A DNA stretch of 64,000 bases from an uncultured delta proteobacterium (GTDB taxonomy: Bacteria > Myxococcota_A > Polyangia > Polyangiales > Polyangiaceae): contig CAWDXG010000004.1 of assembly GCA_963806225.1 (NCBI GenBank), positions 1,504,001 to 1,568,000 of the forward strand. The letters are read 5' to 3'. The notes beneath the pieces were generated by a model. That model saw only the letters and a list, made by a program, of their open reading frames with translations. It ran no database searches and was not told the origin of the DNA. Position numbers and translations under genes: made by a program. Below are positions 41,801-53,136 of the stretch, piece by piece. How positions within the stretch are numbered: position 1 is the first letter of the stretch; each line of letters starts with the position of its first letter.

Positions 41801-44800
41801 GACGCTCGAAGACCACCTGCCGCTGGGCAGCGTCGATGCTCTCCTCGGCGCGCGCCCGCTCCAGCGCGTCGATGGCCGTGCCCAGCTCGCCACGCCCCTC
41901 CTGCGCCTCTGCCACGTCCAGCAGCGCCTGCACCCGGGCGCCCGCGGGCACCGCGTCGAGCAGCCGGGAGGGCAGGTCGGGATCGCCGCTCGAATGGGCG
42001 GCTCGTTCCGCACGACGGACGAGCTCCGCGTCTTCCGGATCGCGGAGCGCGGCGTGCACCAGAAGCCGAGCCGAGACCTGCTCGTCGCCGAGCGCTCCGG
42101 CGACCACGGAGCCGAGCTCGGCCAGCGCGCGACCGACGTTCGAGAATGGCTGCCGCGCGAGATCGGCGACGCGCCCCACGAAGGCCTCCGCGGCGTCGCG
42201 GTCCTGGGCGATCCGGCCAGCTTGCGGCAGGAGCCGCGAAAATTCTTCCACGTCGGCATCGCAGTGCGCGGCTCTATCCAGCGCCTACAGCGCCAGGCTC
42301 ACCGAGTCGAAGCTCTCGAGGGCCCCGTAGGCGGCTTCGACTGCGACACGTGCGCCTTCGGGGCCGTCCAGGCGCGGCAGCATGCTGTCGAGCGCGCGCT
42401 TGAACCGGAGCTCGCCGATATCGCGATACTCCGGCGCCGCAGCCACGAGGTCCCGCAGGGCAACGCCGAGCGATTTCATCGTCTCCACCTCCGGACGGAC
42501 GGCGAACGCGCGCAGGAGCACCTCGACGCGCTGGCGTTTGCCCTCTTCGGTGGTGCCGGCGAACAAGGCCGCGCGGCGCAACCAGGCCGAACGCCGCTCG
42601 GCGCTTTCGCTCCGCGACGCTACGCGCTCCAGCGCCTGCACGAGCTCCGATCGAGTCGCCAATCCGCTCGGAGAGGCGAGCCGCCAGCACGAACGCGACG
42701 CCCTCGGCGGGCACCGCCTCGAACGCTGCGATCGCGTGGCCGAGGGCGCGCCCGTGCTCGCCGCGCCGCTCGAGCTGGCGCGCCGCGCGGTAGTGGACGG
42801 CTCGCTCGCCGTAGCAGCCGAGCGCGGCATCCGCGAGACCGGAATAGATGCTTTGCAGCTGATCGATGTCCCCGGGCCCCGCGCTGCGCTCGGCGACGGC
42901 CAGCACGTCGGCGCGTGCGGGATCCAGCGCCAGCGCGCGCGCCGAGATCGACAGCGCACGCGGCGAGTCGCCGGAATGCAGCGCCATGGTCGCCGCTTCG
43001 GCGAGCACGCGCGCCGCGTCCAGGGTGTCGGTGCGGGACGCCGCCAGCTCCTCCAGCCGCGAGAGCGCCTCTTCGTAGCCTCCGAACGCCAGCAGATCGC
43101 GGGCGAACCGCGACACGCCCCGTTCGGGCAGAAGAGCTGCCGCCCGCTGCCAGGCGTGCACCGCTCCGGAAGAATCGCCGGCCAGATCCCACAGCGCCGC
43201 ACCGTACTCGCGCCAGGCGCGGGCGGCGCCCTCGACATCGGCGCCGGACATGCCACTCAGCGCTTCGGCGCGCACCTCCAGCAGGCACAGATCGCCATCC
43301 GAGTTGCGCGGTGGCGGGCAGCGCTCGAGCGCCGCCAGCACCAGGCCGGGATCGGCGCCTTCGTGTATCGCGCGCGCCAGTGTCCGCGCTGCGCCATCCG
43401 CGTCGCCCGCCGACCCGCGCCGGCGCGCGAGATCGAGCAGCAGGTCGGCGCGATCGAGTCCCGGCGAGCCGGCCGCCAGCCAGCGTTCGATCACCGCAAT
43501 CGCGAGCCCCCGCTCGCCGAGCTCATCGGCCACCTCGAGCACCACGTCGCGCAACTCCCCCACCCTCGGCCCCACGACATCGAGCACCCGCCGGGCGAGT
43601 GCGGTCGCGCGCGCAGGTTCAAGGCGCGCCAGGCGCCTGAGCGCGGCGCACAGAGGCTTTCCCAGCTCCACGATCGGTTGCGGCTGCGACAGGAGCCAGG
43701 CGAGCGCGTCCGAAAGCCGCGCCGCATCGCCGTGGCGGGTCACGCGCTCGAGCAGCGCGGCCAGAGCGGCCGGGTCACCGGGGCGCAGCGCGAGCCAACG
43801 CTGCGTCCACGCGAGGGCCAGGAGCGGCTCGTCCAGATCCTCGTGAGCATCGGCCAGCGCTGCGCACAGCCTGGCGCGCGGCACCACGACGCCCATCGCG
43901 CGCTCGATCGCCTGGGTGTCGGACGGATCCCGACGCTCGAGCGCAATCGCAGCGAGAGCGGCGGCAGGACGCGCCAGCGACGGATCCGCGTGGGCCGCCT
44001 GCTGCGCCGCAGCGCGAGCGGCGTCGGGCTCGCCTGCCGAAAGGAGGCATTCGGCGGCGACGCTGCACAGCACGGCGCGCAGGGTCGGCGGCAAGGGCGA
44101 CGCGATCCGCAGCAGCGCCTCGGCCCGCGTCCGCGAATCCCCGAGCTGGGCGGCTAGCAGCAGCGCCATGCTCCATGCGTGACCGTGCGCGCCACCGCCG
44201 CCGAGCAACGGCCGGAGCCCGGACAGCGCTCCATCCAGGTCGCCACGACGTCGACGCAGCGTCGCGAGCAGGATGCGGCTCCGTTCCTCGTCTCCGCCGA
44301 GAGCGCCGCGCTCCAGTTCGCTTTGCAGCAGCGCCTCCAGCTCTTCCAGCCGCCCCACCCGGAGCAAAGTGCGTTCCAGCGCGAGCCGCCAGCTCCGTTC
44401 CCCGGGGAACAGGCGCACGAGCTGCAGCAGCACGGCGATGTAGGCCTCGCCCGAATCGGGGCGCCCGCGCAGGATCGCCGCCACGCTCCGGAGTGCGTCG
44501 CCGCGCTCCTCGTCGCTGGGCGCAGCGTCGGCCTCGGCCCGGGCCTTGGCGAGCGACTCGTCCTGAAGCCTCACGCGCTGCGCGAGGCGTGCGGCCGCCT
44601 CGCGATGTTCGGCATCGTCGCGAGCCTGCCCGGACATCCGCCCGACCGCCCACAATGCAAGCGCCGGATCGGATAGGCGTTGCTCCGCGAGCACCGCCAG
44701 CTCCTGCAGACAGGCGGCCCTCGCCGAGGCGTGATCCGCGGACTCGACCAGCCCGACCCTGATCAGGGCTTCGACCAGCGGAGCCTGGTCGCGCAGGCTG

Positions 44801-46041
44801 GCCGCGTGATCGCGCAACAGCGCCTTGGCGTCCTCGTTCGACGGATCGGCGATGAGCGCCTCCATCCAGGCTTCCACCGCGCGATCGGGACTGGCAAGCG
44901 GACCGGCGTACAGCCGTCCGAGCTCGACGCGGTGCCGCGCGGCGTCTGCGCCGGACAGCGTGTCGCTCTCGAGCTCCACGCGAGCGGAGAGCAGCTCGTG
45001 CAGACCGGCGCGATCGAGCAGCACGCCGAACGGCGTCGTACCGGCTCCGGGATGCCGCTGGCGGGCCGCGAGCGCACGCCATCCGTCCCCGGGGTCCACG
45101 ACCGCATCGAGACCGGCGTCGAACGCCGCCCCGATCGCGCGCGGAACGTCTCCGCGGTCGGCCAGATCCGCGAGCCGCGCGAGGTGGACCGCGCGCGAGC
45201 CGTCGCCGCTGGCGCGCGCGTGCTCGCGGATCACCTCGTCCGCCGCGCCGACCCGACCACGCGTCGCGAGGGCTCGCGCAAGCTGCTCCGCAGCTTCGGG
45301 CAGCGCTGGCGACATCTCGAAAGCGCGCAGCAGATCCTCGAACGCGCTGCCGCGCTCGTCTCGTGCTTCGCGGCGGCGTGCAGCGAGGAGATAGGCCCGC
45401 GCCGCGCGCTCGCCGGGCACGGCGGCCTCGGCCCACGCTCCCAGCGCACCGAGCAGCTCGGCGGCAACGGGATCGTTGTCGTCCAGTTCAGAGGCCTGCG
45501 CCAGCACGTCGGCCGCGGCGGCAGCGTCGGCGGCACGCGCCAACAGCGCACCCATTCTCGACAGCGTGCGGCGCGCCACCGAACCGGTCTGCTCCGCGGC
45601 CAGCGGCCGGAGCGTTGCCGCAGCCAGCGCGGGTTCGCCGAGTCCCGCGAACCAACCGGACAGCTCTTCGCGGAGCTCCGGGTCTTCGCCCAGCAGAAGC
45701 GCGCGGCGCGCGAGGCGGGTGGCGGAGTCCAGCTCCGCGCCGCGCCTCGCCAACAGACGCGCGAGCGCCGAGGCCACCTGGCGCTCCGCGTCCACATCGC
45801 CGGCCGCGTGGCTCTCGGCGAGCCGCGCGGAGAGGTAGCCCTGTTCGGCGCGCGGGCCCATGCGCCGGGAGACCGGGGGGTCCGCTTCCCGCCGCTCGAG
45901 CGCCAGGGACGCGGCCGATCGCGGGCCTTCCGCACGCGTCCATTCGGGAGGCGGCAGCGTGGACCGGTGCCCGCCCGGCGCGGTGCCCCCGGCAGGAGAT
46001 CCGGCTTTCTCCTCGAAATCGGATGAATGTGGCGGAGTCAT
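38814..46041 (-). CDS. Giant (about 2400 aa) TPR/alpha-solenoid protein, interrupted by one frameshift near 42650 and one in-frame TAG at 42285-42287
   Basis: Three consecutive Ala/Leu/Arg/Glu-rich ORF segments with TPR-like A...DP.N motifs. ORFs 42285..43256 and 38814..42251 share one frame. Confidence 0.7.
40052..40240 (-). repeat. 33-bp coding tandem repeat (PRAS[T/V]PPPGSS, about 6 copies)
   Basis: Repeated ggcggcaccgaggcgcgcggcgagctgcccgga units. Confidence 0.9.
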
Positions 46042-46172
46042 CGGGAAAGGTGGGACCGCCGGAGCGGACCCTGACGAGGGGACAATATCGCGAATCCGGG
46101 GGTTGTCCCCGCCCGGTGTCGCGGTCTAGCCTCCTCTGGTACCGCGGATTGATCCGCGATGGAGGCACAACC

Positions 46173-47234
46173 ATGCGAAAGCCTATCCTTTCGGCCCCGA
46201 TCTCCCGCTTGGCCGCCGCCCTGGTGGCTGGCTCCCTGGCGAGCACGGCGCTGGTCCCCCTGGCCCATGCGCAGAAGGCTGGGACGGAAGCCAAGAAGGA
46301 CGCCGCCAAGAAGCCGGACAAGAAGACCCGCGACGCCGCGCGAAAGGCCTACGGCGCCGGCGAGAAGGCCTACGGCGCCGGGAACTACACGGAGGCGCTC
46401 GACAACTTCAAGCAGGCCAACAGCCTCATCCCGTCGCCCCACGCCGAGTACTGGATCGCGATGTGCCTGGACAAGGAGGGCAAGAGCGCCGAGGCCTACG
46501 CGGCGTTCAAGAAGTTCTTCGACAACCCCGGTGCCGACAAGGTGGGCGACGAGAAGATGTCGACCGCGAAGGAGGCATTCGGCAAGCTGAAGAGCACTCC
46601 GGGCGAGGTCGACTTCAAGACCACGCCCGCGGGAGCCACGATCAGCGTCGACGGCCAGGCGCAGATGGGCGAGACGCCGATGACCGTGAAGATCCCTCCG
46701 GGGGATCACAAGATCGAGGTCTCGGCGCCCGGGTACACGAAGCAGAAGATGGACCTCAGCGTCGCGCCCGGCGAAAAGCAGGAGCAGGCCGTCACGCTGG
46801 AAGCCTCGGCAGCTCCGCCCGCTGCCGCCGCGGCACCCGCTGCGGCAGCGCCGGAAGCGCCGCCGAGCGAGCCCCCGGCGCCCCCGCCGAAGAAGAGCAA
46901 GGTTCCGGCCTATGTGACGCTGGGCATCGCGGGCGCCGGCTTGATCGTCGGCGGCATCTTCGGCGTCAAGGCGCTGGGCGACAAGAGCAAGTACAACGAC
47001 AACCCGACGAACGACCGTGCCGACACGACCGAGCGCGACGCGCTGATCGCCGACATGGCGTTCGGTGTCGCCATCACGCTGGGCGTCACGGGCGTGGTGC
47101 TGCTGACCAGTTCCAGCTCGGGCGCCGCCAAGAGCGATTCGGCACAGAACAAGCTGCCGGCGAAGGCGACGCTGAACGTCGCCCCCTACATGTCGGCGCA
47201 CGGCGGCGGCGCCGCAGCGCGGCTGACTTTCTAG
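46173..47234 (+). CDS. Secreted TPR + PEGA domain protein
   Basis: Signal peptide (AHA), TPR-like helices, TTPAGATISVDG..GETP..PGDHKIEVSAPGY PEGA motif, terminal Phe. Confidence 0.85.
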   Translation: MRKPILSAPISRLAAALVAGSLASTALVPLAHAQKAGTEAKKDAAKKPDKKTRDAARKAYGAGEKAYGAGNYTEALDNFKQANSLIPSPHAEYWIAMCLDKEGKSAEAYAAFKKFFDNPGADKVGDEKMSTAKEAFGKLKSTPGEVDFKTTPAGATISVDGQAQMGETPMTVKIPPGDHKIEVSAPGYTKQKMDLSVAPGEKQEQAVTLEASAAPPAAAAAPAAAAPEAPPSEPPAPPPKKSKVPAYVTLGIAGAGLIVGGIFGVKALGDKSKYNDNPTNDRADTTERDALIADMAFGVAITLGVTGVVLLTSSSSGAAKSDSAQNKLPAKATLNVAPYMSAHGGGAAARLTF

Positions 47235-47235
47235 C

Positions 47236-47847
47236 ATCCCGCCCGCCCACCCCCGGCCCCCTCACGCGATTCGCTTCGCTGCGCCGGGGCTCGCTTCGCT
47301 CGCCCTACGGCAATGGGCGGGTTGGATGGTTTGTGTCCCGCCCGCCCACCCCCACCGGAATCCTCCCGGGGGGCTTGGCCCCCCGAGCCCCCCTCACGCG
47401 ATTCGCTTCGCTCATCGCGGGCTTGCTTCGCTGCGCCGGGGCTCGCTTCGCTCGCCCTACGGCGGTGGGCGGGGGCTCGCTTCGCTTTGCCCTACGGCAA
47501 TGGGCGGGTTGGATGGTTTGTGTCCCGCCCGCCCACCCCCACCGGAATCCTCCCGGGGGGCTTGGCCCCCCGAGCCCCCCTCACGCGATTCGCTTCGCTC
47601 ATCGCGGGCTTGCTTCGCTGCGCCGGGGCGTGGGGCGGCGTGAGATGGGTTGCGGACTGACGTGCCGCGCCGGACGTCTCCCCCACTCGCGCGCAGCCGG
47701 AGGCGAGCACGAGTTTGGGGGAGACCGCAGGCGCGCAGGCGAAGCCGAGCACCTGCGAGTGGGGGCACCCCTACGCCCACCCCCGCCGGAGTCCTCCGCC
47801 GGGGGCTCACCGCCCCCGGACCCCCGACGCGATTCGCTTCGCTCGCC
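47236..47847. repeat. Intergenic REP/BIME-like mosaic repeat cluster with a ~140-155 bp direct duplication
   Basis: Many GCTTCGCT motifs and GGGGGC..GCCCCC hairpins; a block starting gccctacggcaatggg occurs at 47302 and 47489 (period 187 bp). Confidence 0.8.
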
Positions 47848-49176
47848 CTAGCTGTCGAAGCGCTGTTTGATCGCGTCGACCACCTGGCCGTAGTCGGCGT
47901 CGAGCATCACGGGCGGGTTGGCGAGATCGCCGCTCACACCCTCGATCTGCCGTTCGTGGTAGCGGACCTTGAACTCGGTGAACTTCAGGCCGTTTGCTGT
48001 CGAGACGCAGACGACCCGTTCGCCCCTCTTGATGGTGCCGCGCGAGACCAGCTTCTCGAGCACGGCGAGGCCGACCGCGGTGTGGGGGCACGTGTACAGG
48101 CCGGTGCGGTCGGCGCGTGCGGCCGCGTCGCAGAGCTCCTGCTCGCTGGCTTGTTCGACGATCCCGTCCATTGCATCGAGTGCGCGCATGGCGCGCGGCG
48201 CGCTGACGGGATTGCCGATCTGGATAGCCGTCGCCTGCGTCGGCTGGGCCACGATCGGCTCGACCTCGCGCTTGCCCGCGCTCCAGGCGCGATACAGCGG
48301 GTTGGCATTCTCCGCCTGCGCTACGACCAGGCGCGGAAAGCGCGTGACGACGCCGAGCTCGCGCATCATGTGGAAGCCGGCGTGAAGCGCCGAGGCGTTG
48401 CCCAGGTTGCCGCTCGGCAGGATGATCCAGTCCGGTACGTCCCAGTCGAACTGCTGGACGATCTCGATGCCGACCGTCTTCTGACCCTCGAGGCGGAGCG
48501 GGTTCATCGAGTTGGCGAGATAGACGATGCCCTCCTCGGCGAGCTGCGTAACGATCGTCATGCAGCCGTCGAAGTCGGTGTCGAGCCCGAGCACCAGCGC
48601 TCCGTGCGCCAGCGGCTGCACGAGCTGGGCTGTGGAAATCCGCCCGCGCGGCAGCAGCACCACGACGGGCAACCCGGCGGCGGCTCCGTACGCCGCCAGC
48701 GACGCGCTGGTGTCGCCGGTGGAGGCGCAGGCCAACGCCTTCACGTCGAGTCCGCGCTTCAGAGCCAGCCGGACGACGCTGACGAGCACCGTCATGCCCA
48801 GATCCTTGAAGGAGCCGCTGTGGCTGTTTCCGCAGAGCTTCACCCACAGGTCGTCCAGGCCGAGCTCCTTGCCGTAGCGCTCCGCCCAGAACAGATTCGT
48901 TCCCCCCTCGTAGGTGCTGACCACCAGCTCGTCGGGCAGCTCCGGCATCACCCACTCGCGCTTGCCCCACACCCCCGAGCCGTACGGCCATTGGCTGATC
49001 TTGTAGCGATCGTCGAACAGCTTCATCCATGCAGCGCCGCTGCGCTCGCGGAGCGCGTCGAGGTCGTGCGCGACCTCGAGCAGGCCGCCGCAGGTCGGGC
49101 AGTGGTACATGGCCTCGGTCACCGGCCACGAGCCGTCGCAACCGGCGAAGCATTGGAAACGCGCGGAATAGCTCAC
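47848..49176 (-). CDS. thrC: Threonine synthase
   Basis: [10 protein letters not shown] (PLP Lys), [23 protein letters not shown] and STANGLKF motifs. Confidence 0.95.
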   Translation of the reverse strand: MSYSARFQCFAGCDGSWPVTEAMYHCPTCGGLLEVAHDLDALRERSGAAWMKLFDDRYKISQWPYGSGVWGKREWVMPELPDELVVSTYEGGTNLFWAERYGKELGLDDLWVKLCGNSHSGSFKDLGMTVLVSVVRLALKRGLDVKALACASTGDTSASLAAYGAAAGLPVVVLLPRGRISTAQLVQPLAHGALVLGLDTDFDGCMTIVTQLAEEGIVYLANSMNPLRLEGQKTVGIEIVQQFDWDVPDWIILPSGNLGNASALHAGFHMMRELGVVTRFPRLVVAQAENANPLYRAWSAGKREVEPIVAQPTQATAIQIGNPVSAPRAMRALDAMDGIVEQASEQELCDAAARADRTGLYTCPHTAVGLAVLEKLVSRGTIKRGERVVCVSTANGLKFTEFKVRYHERQIEGVSGDLANPPVMLDADYGQVVDAIKQRFDS

Positions 49177-49309
49177 GACGCGCACTATATCGCCTGGTCG
49201 GAGACGGGCGAGGTCGTCGGTCCGGCCTGCTGGCCTGGGCACCTACCGGCTATGGACCGCCACGACCGGCTTGGCTTAACCAAGCCGAATCCGGGCCGTC
49301 CTATCGGGC

Positions 49310-51046
49310 GTGGCTAGCGATCCCATCACACGGATGCCCGGGATGCCGCTCGCGACGATGTCGGGCGAGGACCCGGAATTGCGCGTGAAATCAGGTGCCT
49401 CGGAAGTGCCGGCGCCCCTCCCGGAAGCAGCGCGGACCGATGGGGCGCTGGACGACCGCCAGCTCCGCGATCACCTCCGGCAGGTGCTTCGGGGCTCGGT
49501 GCCGGTCGACCAGTCCGAGCTGTACATAGTCGAGCCGGCAGGAGTCCGCCGTTTCGGAACGGACGCGTTCCCCCCACAGCCCTGGCCCGCCGCGAGCTCC
49601 CGGCTCAGGGCAAGCCTCGAGCGCGCGCAGGCCTTCCACGAACCCCGCCTGTCGTCGCTGCTGCCCGGCGAGGGCATCGCGCTCGGCGATGGCATGCGGA
49701 GCGCCTGGTATCTGCCACTCGTCACGCATGGCACACTGGTCGGCATCGTCGCTCTGTACGCCGCTTCGCCCGGCGCCTACGACGGCGCCGACGCGAACGG
49801 ACTGGCGCCGCTTCTGGGGATCGTCGCCTCGCTCGTGGCGGAGCGTCAACTCAGGAATCGCGAACAGCAGGTCCGGCAAGCACAGACCGAGCTCGCCGCC
49901 ACCGACAAGCTCTCCGCGCTCGCGCAGTTCGCCGAGGGCGTGGCCCACGAGGTGAACAACCCCGCTGCCTACGTGCTGGCCAACCTGGAGCACGTGCGGA
50001 CGCTGATCGAGCAGCGGGCGGACGCATGGGACGAGGCGCTGCACGCGGTCGACGCGGGCGTGGAAGGGATGCGCCGCATCCGCGACGTGCTCGGTGATCT
50101 CTCTCTGCTGTCGCACGGCACGGAAGAGGCCGTCGAGGCGGTGGACGTGAACCGCGTCGTACGCGCCGTGGTCGGGATGACCTCGTACCAGGTCTCGATG
50201 CGGGCGCGTGTCGAGCTCGACCTCGGACCCGTCGCGCCCATCGCGTCGAACCAGGCCCGTCTGACACAGGTACTGCTCGACCTGGTGCTCAACGCGAGCC
50301 AGGCCTGCTCGCCGGACAGCCCCGAGCTGAACGTCATCCACATACGCACGCGAGCCGGCGAGGGACACGTGAACGTGTCCGTGTCGGACACGGGCTCGGG
50401 CATTCCGCCCGAGCAGCTGCCGCACATCTTCGAACCGTTCTTCACCACCAAGCCCACCGGTCAGGGTTCCGGGCTCGCGCTCGCGCTCGCGCGGGCGCTG
50501 GTCCGCGGTCTCGGCGGACGCATCCGTTTCGATACGCGGCACGGCGTCGGCACCACGTTCACGGTCGAGCTGCCCGACGCGCGCCCCGCCACTGGCCACG
50601 CTCGCGTCAGCCATGCCTCGCCGGTGGCCGCGCCGTTGCGGCCGCGCGTGTTGCTCGTCGACGACGAGGCGGGGATCCGCCGGGCGCTGCAGCGCGCATT
50701 GAAACGGCGGAACGAGGTGACGGCGGTCGGCAGCGGCGAGGAAGCCATCCAGCTGCTCCGGAACGGCATGGCTGTCGAGCTTGTGATCTCGGACCTGCTG
50801 CTTCCCGGCACGAACGGCATCGACATCCATGCGTTCATCGAACGGGAACGCCCGGAGCTCTTGCGCCGGACGCTGTTCCTCACCGGAGGCGCGACGACGC
50901 GCGATGCACGCAGGTTCATGGCGGAACATCCGGACTCCGTGCTCGTCAAGCCGGTCGAAGCATCCCGCCTGGATGCGATCGTCCAGTCCGTCGCGCACGG
51001 CGCCTCGGTGCGCCGCGCGATCGAGCAGACCCGCTCCGGTGCCTGA
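49310..51046 (+). CDS. Hybrid GAF-histidine kinase-receiver protein (start uncertain)
   Basis: GAF-like N-terminus; HEVNNP, DTGSG, FEPFFTTK and GSGL boxes; receiver motifs VDDE and KP. Confidence 0.9.
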   Translation: MASDPITRMPGMPLATMSGEDPELRVKSGASEVPAPLPEAARTDGALDDRQLRDHLRQVLRGSVPVDQSELYIVEPAGVRRFGTDAFPPQPWPAASSRLRASLERAQAFHEPRLSSLLPGEGIALGDGMRSAWYLPLVTHGTLVGIVALYAASPGAYDGADANGLAPLLGIVASLVAERQLRNREQQVRQAQTELAATDKLSALAQFAEGVAHEVNNPAAYVLANLEHVRTLIEQRADAWDEALHAVDAGVEGMRRIRDVLGDLSLLSHGTEEAVEAVDVNRVVRAVVGMTSYQVSMRARVELDLGPVAPIASNQARLTQVLLDLVLNASQACSPDSPELNVIHIRTRAGEGHVNVSVSDTGSGIPPEQLPHIFEPFFTTKPTGQGSGLALALARALVRGLGGRIRFDTRHGVGTTFTVELPDARPATGHARVSHASPVAAPLRPRVLLVDDEAGIRRALQRALKRRNEVTAVGSGEEAIQLLRNGMAVELVISDLLLPGTNGIDIHAFIERERPELLRRTLFLTGGATTRDARRFMAEHPDSVLVKPVEASRLDAIVQSVAHGASVRRAIEQTRSGA

Positions 51047-51048
51047 AG

Positions 51049-53094
51049 CTACGGTGCCGGCACGCGCCCCTTCGGGTCGTCGACGAGATTTCTGACGAAG
51101 CCGCTCGCCTGCTGCATCGCCGCCGGGATGTCGAACACCACGAAGTGTCCGTCGCTCGCCTGCGAAGCGTGCCACTGCGCGAGCACACCCGACGCCGCGC
51201 CACCCGCAAGATTGCCGGACAGACCGCCCGCGGGGATGTCCACCGGCGAGAGATCACTCCACTTGTCCTCCGCGACAGGGTGGATGACCGGGTTCTCCGG
51301 CGGCAGCCCGAGCGCGACCGATTCCACCTCGATGGAGTGCGGGGGCGTGTAGTTGTCGCCGGTCCCGTCGGCCTCGACGCCTTCCGTCATCAGCACACTC
51401 TTGGGCGAAAAGCCCGACCGGGGATCGAGTACGATGTGCGGCACGTAGTGGATCGGATCGGTAGGGTCCACGATGGTCTGGATGAGCGAGATCCCGGGGT
51501 GGAAGGGATTCACCTCCTGCTGCTCGCTCACCGTGGCCAGCCCCATCAGCGTCTTGACGAGCCCGGCGACGTTGACCGGCTTCGTCTTCTCCAGGATCGA
51601 GATCGAGATCATGCTGCCCGAGCCGCTGAGCACGCCGCCGTGCGCCTGGTTGTCGATGGCCAGGAACATCGGTCCGTTGAGCCCGCCCTGCGAGTGGCCC
51701 ATGAACGTGAGCTCCTTGCCGTCGAACGCAATCGCCGAGCCCGTGCGCGACACTGCAGCAGGCACCTGGATGCCCGTTTCGGTGAACAGGCGCGCCTGCT
51801 GTACGACGTCGATCGCCGACTCGGGACCGTTGGCGCGCGCAGCCGTCGGGTTTTGCACGTTGAAGAAGATCAGGTCGAGGCTCGTGTTGCAGGGCGGCGA
51901 ATTGAGCGAGCAGGGCCCGCCCGGACGCGTGCCGTGGAAAATCTGGTCGATGCCCATCACCGCAATGCAGCGCTGCGCGAACGCCTTGGCCACACCGCTG
52001 CGGACGAAGGTCCGGTAGTCGCCACCCGTGCCGTGCGCGTAGAGCATGATCGGATAGCCGCCGGCCGGCGTCGGACAGGCCGTCGCGTTGGGCACGGACA
52101 GCGCGAAGCGCAGATTGAAATCGCGCTGCTTGACCGGGTTGCCGCTCGCGTCGAAAGCCAGCTCGCCGCCGTCGCCGTACTTGATGAACGGGATCTGCCC
52201 CTTCTGGAAGTCGGGCGAAGGTCCGTACTCCGCCTCGTACACGTCCATGTCCGTCGTCTGGTCCTTGGCCACCCAGGAGCCGGACGTCACGTCCGGCGCC
52301 GGATAGTTCTTCATCACCCAGTCGCGGATCTTGATCGTCTGCGCGACGGGGTCGTTCGTCGTGAAAACGGTGAAGTGCGCAATGTGGCGCTTGTCGATGC
52401 CGGCCTTCTCGATCTCGCCTACCGCACCGGAGAGCTTCTGGGCCGCAGAAGCCGTCGCTCCGCTCGCCGGATCGATGCCGAGCAGCTCGCGCACCGACCT
52501 GGACGCGACCACGCGACCGCCGTCGGCGTCCCGCACCTGGTCGGTGACCACGAGCGCGTAGCGCGTCGCCGGCCGGAGCGGATAGCCGAACGCGGGCATG
52601 AAGGCGAGCGTATCGGGCTGCCAGTAGGTGCCCTGTTCCGCGCGGAAGAACAGGGAGACGCGGTGGCGCATCCCGTGATCGGGCGAGGCGGGATCGATGT
52701 CGATGAGCTGCACGCTGCTGGCCAGATCGAGCGCGTCCAGCGGCGTTTTCGGCAGCGACGCCGGATCGAGATCGGCCGTGAAGCGCAGGAAGCCGCTGGC
52801 CGCCGGAGAGAAGCCGTGCAGAACGCCCTTCATCGACTGCACGTAGTCGTCGATGAGCGGCATCTTCCGCGGATTCGGGTAGCCCTGGAAGTCGACCGCG
52901 CCGTCCGCGTCGTAGCGCAGGTCGCTCGGCCAGGGCTGGTCGAAGAACGTCTCGCCCGAAAGTGCGTCCAGCGAGTCGGGCACCACGAAGATACTCTGCG
53001 TTCGAGCCGGCCCGCCGCCCGACTGGTCGCTGCCCGAACCGCAACCGCCCAGCACCAGGAGGATCGCCAACAAGCTCCAGGACAAGCGCTTCAT
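51049..53094 (-). CDS. Lipoprotein alpha/beta-hydrolase with N-terminal Ig-like domain
   Basis: LGGC lipobox; PWPSD, PLRPATRYA, YAHGTGG and nucleophile elbow GHSQG. Confidence 0.8.
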   Translation of the reverse strand: MKRLSWSLLAILLVLGGCGSGSDQSGGGPARTQSIFVVPDSLDALSGETFFDQPWPSDLRYDADGAVDFQGYPNPRKMPLIDDYVQSMKGVLHGFSPAASGFLRFTADLDPASLPKTPLDALDLASSVQLIDIDPASPDHGMRHRVSLFFRAEQGTYWQPDTLAFMPAFGYPLRPATRYALVVTDQVRDADGGRVVASRSVRELLGIDPASGATASAAQKLSGAVGEIEKAGIDKRHIAHFTVFTTNDPVAQTIKIRDWVMKNYPAPDVTSGSWVAKDQTTDMDVYEAEYGPSPDFQKGQIPFIKYGDGGELAFDASGNPVKQRDFNLRFALSVPNATACPTPAGGYPIMLYAHGTGGDYRTFVRSGVAKAFAQRCIAVMGIDQIFHGTRPGGPCSLNSPPCNTSLDLIFFNVQNPTAARANGPESAIDVVQQARLFTETGIQVPAAVSRTGSAIAFDGKELTFMGHSQGGLNGPMFLAIDNQAHGGVLSGSGSMISISILEKTKPVNVAGLVKTLMGLATVSEQQEVNPFHPGISLIQTIVDPTDPIHYVPHIVLDPRSGFSPKSVLMTEGVEADGTGDNYTPPHSIEVESVALGLPPENPVIHPVAEDKWSDLSPVDIPAGGLSGNLAGGAASGVLAQWHASQASDGHFVVFDIPAAMQQASGFVRNLVDDPKGRVPAP

Positions 53095-53136
53095 GGCCTA
53101 TGTTGTAGCGCGTTCCGTGGCCCCTTTGATCCTTTC

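Noticed and set aside
42285..42287. Pyrrolysine or programmed amber read-through in the giant TPR gene
   Set aside because: No pyl genes are visible, other genes here use TAG as a normal stop, and a nearby indel favours error or decay.
47313..47810. Small ORFs inside the repeat cluster
   Set aside because: The translations only mirror the DNA repeats; no RBS or protein-like composition.
47236..47847. CRISPR array
   Set aside because: The repeats are mosaic with duplicated rather than unique spacers, have no constant short period, and no cas genes are in the window.
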